Part shown: positions 60,613 to 64,000 of the stretch, one piece after another
How the letters are laid out: every line of letters starts with the position of its first letter
Numbering within the stretch: position 1 is the stretch's first letter
Assembly: GCF_032191835.1 (NCBI RefSeq)
Contig: NC_083233.1
Location: 35,030,001-35,094,000 of the forward strand
Length of the DNA: 64,000 nucleotides
Direction: 5' to 3'
Source: Heteronotia binoei
Taxonomy: Eukaryota
Position numbers and translations under genes: made by a program
Notes under the pieces: generated by a model
The model's input: the letters and a program-made list of their open reading frames with translations, nothing else
Told to the model about the DNA's origin: nothing
Databases searched by the model: none

Positions 60613-61815
60613 TACAATGCTAACACCAGTCAGGATGACTGAGCAAAAAAACAGGCAGTAGTTAGAATGTTGGAGTAGTTACTAGTACCTGAAATACCTG
60701 GGTTCAAATCCTTTCTCAGGCCTGAAGCTCACCTTGGGCCAGTTCTCTCTCAATTAGCTTGCCTCACAGGGTTGTTACAGGGATAAAATGGAGGAGTGAT
60801 GCGCCACATATGGTACTTTGAGGTTATAAGAAGGAAAGTGAACCCTCTTTCAAAGTGGGAGGGGGGGCAGAGGAATCTGTCTCCAACCTGAAAGTAGCAT
60901 GAATATTCAATGTTTCTGAGTTTTTCCCCTGAATGGCACAGTATCTTAATATGAAATCTATACAGACTTTCATATTTCACCACAATTTTATTATTTTCCA
61001 AGGCTTATTGTTGATTCCAACCCGCCTCATTCTTTTCCTGAGTATCCCGATTGCTGCTTTAATACATTTTTCTCAGTTCTGGTTTTATCTGCTTGCTGCT
61101 TTAATCCCTTTTTCTTTTATACCAGGCTTCTTTCTTTTTGTACTGAGATGTGTTTTAATTACTTCGTTGTCAGGCTGCCCTGGATGTTTGTAATGAAGTC
61201 CTCAGAATATAAAATGTTTTAAAAGAAATTCTCACAACTACCCTGTAAGGCAGGCGCTGCAGTTCGATTCCGTTCCATACTACAGACAGCAACAGACCAA
61301 AAGAGAGGCTAGCTTTGAGGCAACCTTACAAATTCATAGCTGAAGTGAGATTTTTAACAGTCTCTTAATGCTTTGCACTCACCTGTCACTTTATTTAACC
61401 ATAAATTCCAACTCTCAACTGTACTGATTCATTTCTTAAATAAACGCAACCTGCACCTTGCCAAGGACACACTGCTATCTGCTCTGACTTCACAACCTTT
61501 CATGAACTGAGACCCACCACTGAAGTTCTGACTCCAGGCAAGGGTCTAAGTCAGAATTCTGGTTCTTCTATTTGACATGACATTGAATGAGCTTTTGATA
61601 CTTGGTGTGAAAGAAAACAACAATTTAAACAAAATGCTAATTCTACATTCATAATTTATTTATTTACATTATTTTTAGTCTGCCTTTCTCATTGGGACTC
61701 AAGGCAAATTATACAGAGCATAATGTGTAGCATAATGTGGTTTTTAAAAAACATGTTATGCTTATACTATTTTAGTAACAAGGACATCCCTGTAAGGTGG
61801 GTCCAGGTTATAGCC

Positions 61816-62079
61816 CAGGGGTGGCCAAACTTGCTTAATGTAAGAGCCACATAGAATAAACATCAGGTGTTTGAGAACAGACAGGAAGATAGATGGGAGA
61901 GGGAGAGATGGAAAGAAAGCAACTTTAACTTTCAATGCATTCTCCAATGCACTTGGAAAAGTGATTTAAAGAGAGAAATGCCTTCTCCAAGCCAGCCAAT
62001 AGGGTGGTGGGGGCTTCGAGAGCCACAAAATCTCTGTGAAAGACTTTCATAATTCTCGAGCCGCAATTTGGCCATCCCA
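61816..62079. mobile_element. hAT-Charlie-like MITE
   Basis: Perfect TSD ttatagcc; similar to 34176 and 36021. Confidence 0.82.
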
Positions 62080-62759
62080 TTATAGCCCCATATTTAATTG
62101 CTGGCAGGTAGAGGCTTCTTTAAGCCACTACAATAATACTTAATATCTGTACAGCCCTTTTTTGTGTCCAAAGTGTTTCACTTTAATGAGGTTGATCCTA
62201 TGAACACTGATAGCAGGGGGAGCCATGCCTAATTTGTTTCTTTGTTGCCGCCCTTTAGATTTTGTGGCCTTCTGTTTCTCTCGAACCGAGCAATACCCTT
62301 CCAGGAGTCATAGGGGACAGTGAGAGGGGAAACCTACTTTTGCAAGTAGCAGGTTCATCCACCCTGAACCACGATCACCGTACTCCTGACAACATCCCTA
62401 TAAGGCAGATCATACTGGAGCCTGAGCCACAGAGAGATTTGCCTAAAACCAGTTATTAAGTTTAGGACTGGGGCTTAAACCAATGCTCTTGGGGACTGCA
62501 GCACGAAAACTGGGTTTGTTAACCACTGTGTTAAACCAGCTCACTAGCTGAGGTTCACAGGGGCTTTCCAAATCACAGTTTATACTCTCAGTCCCTCTTC
62601 TACGCTGGCAGGCTCCGATCCAGGAAATGCAACCTTTCATTTGTGTGTCACATGTGACTGTTGCTGCTTCCCTCCTAGTGAAACATTTCTCAAGGTGTGT
62701 TTTAAAAAAAAGAGTTAATGTTGTCTTTATTTGGCCCCTGGTAAAAAAAAACTGTTGCT

Positions 62760-63480
62760 CCCACCCACCCGCGAGCGCACCCACCCCTTAGCTAGCATTT
62801 TGGAGGCTGCTGCCACCCGGCCGGGATGATTCCTCACGGGGCAATCGGAAGGACCTTGCAAAAGCAACCAAGATGGCCCAAGAAGCGTCACAGGGAGGAA
62901 GAAAGAATGACAGTCCCCTTCGCTAAGCTACCTTTCCAAATGCACCTCCAGGGCTGCTGGGAGGACGCGGCGACCGGCACCCCCAGCCTGGAAAGCCTCT
63001 CCGCGGACACCTGCACCGGCGCGGCCGACCGCGGCGCTCCCGGGTGCCTCCTGCAGCCGCAGCTCCTTCCGCGCGTCGGCGCCGCTTCCAGACAGCTCCT
63101 CCTCGCCCTGCTCCTTCGGGCAAAGTTTGCCATCGGGGAGTTGCGCCGCACGCTGGAAGTTGAAGCCGCGCCGCCCGGGTGACCTTTGCTCTGCCGGGGT
63201 CGATTCTAAGCCCGCTCAAGCGGCGGCGGCGGCAGCCTGGGATTGGCAGGCAGGCCGGCTGGGAGGCGAGAAGCGACCCCTCTCGTGGGGAGAAGGAAGG
63301 GAGCGCCGGGGCGCCGCCAGCAAAAGGGACAAACAAGCACCCGGGACCGCAGCCAGCAGGCCACGAAGGAAGGAACCCGGAAAACCGGTCGGGTCGGACA
63401 CGCCGCAAGGAGGCTGTTGTCCAAGGTCGACTGGGGGCTCCCTCGCCGGAGGCAGCGTGTCAGGCAGGGATGTACAATGG
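62760..63480. promoter_or_regulatory. CpG island; probable SOWAHD promoter and 5' exon (could also serve the next gene, SEPT6 in mammals)
   Basis: Very GC/CpG-rich. Minus-strand donor AAG/gtagct at 62932/62931 and a strong acceptor at 59616/59615. Confidence 0.6.
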
Positions 63481-63536
63481 TCAGAGTGGTGGACGAGGAT
63501 CTGGAAGACCCAGGTTGGCATTAGGGTTGCCAGGCC

Positions 63537-63732
63537 CAGTGCTCCCTCTAAGCTGAGCTAGCCCGCCGTTTTTTAGCCTCTGGCTCACACATTTTTGTCT
63601 TGGCTCAGGAGAAATGGCCCCAGAGCAAACTAATTTATGCAGTAGCCAGATTGCTTGCTTGCAACTTTAATGCCAGTAGCTCACAAAGTAGAAATTTTGC
63701 TTGCAAGACTCCAAGGCCTAGAGGGAGTATTA
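63537..63732. mobile_element. hAT-type MITE, family A (diverged), inserted in a TAGGGTTGCCA element
   Basis: Internal sequence shared with the other copies; TSD degraded. Confidence 0.7.
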
Positions 63733-63754
63733 CCCAGCCTCCCACTTTTGGCAA

Positions 63755-63975
63755 CCAGTGGTAAGGTTGAGGGGGGGTAGGGCTGCTAGAACCAGCTTGG
63801 GAGACTCCTGGAGATTTGGGGGATGGAGTCTGGGGAGGGCAGGTGCCTCAGTGGGGTACAATGCCATAGAGTCCATCCTCCAAAGCATCCCTTTTCTCCA
63901 GAGGAACCTATCTCTGTAGTCTGGAAATGAGTAATTCCAGGGGATCTCCAGGTCCCACCTGGAGAGTGGCATCTG
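63755..63975. mobile_element. TAGGGTTGCCA-family MITE
   Basis: Family internal sequence; boundaries approximate. Confidence 0.65.
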
Positions 63976-64000
63976 TAGTTGGAATCACCCCATCCCTCTG

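Noticed and set aside
62826-63561. Several overlapping 100-160 aa ORFs as a new gene or SEPT6 exon 1
   Set aside because: Expected in a GC-rich island. There is no MAATDIARQ-like septin start and no recognisable domain.

Overview
Vertebrate genomic DNA, most likely a squamate and probably a gecko. That is an inference from the Sauria/Squam-type SINEs and abundant hAT MITEs. The gene order matches the human Xq24 block: NKAP (3' part, +), AKAP14 (-), NDUFA1 (-), UPF3B (+), RPL39 (+, hosting SNORA69), SOWAHD (-). Two differences from the human locus stand out. First, an extra 5-exon gene between AKAP14 and NDUFA1 encodes a 199-aa signal peptide + single reeler domain + GPI-type tail protein. Second, there is no RNF113A, so NDUFA1 and UPF3B sit head-to-head on one small promoter. 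All exon coordinates were assembled by hand from splice sites and reading frame. Introns and intergenic DNA are dense in MITEs, SINEs, L2/CR1 fragments, two solo LTRs and Penelope-like remnants with hammerhead-like cores. Gene and repeat-family names come from recognising the sequence, not from database searches.
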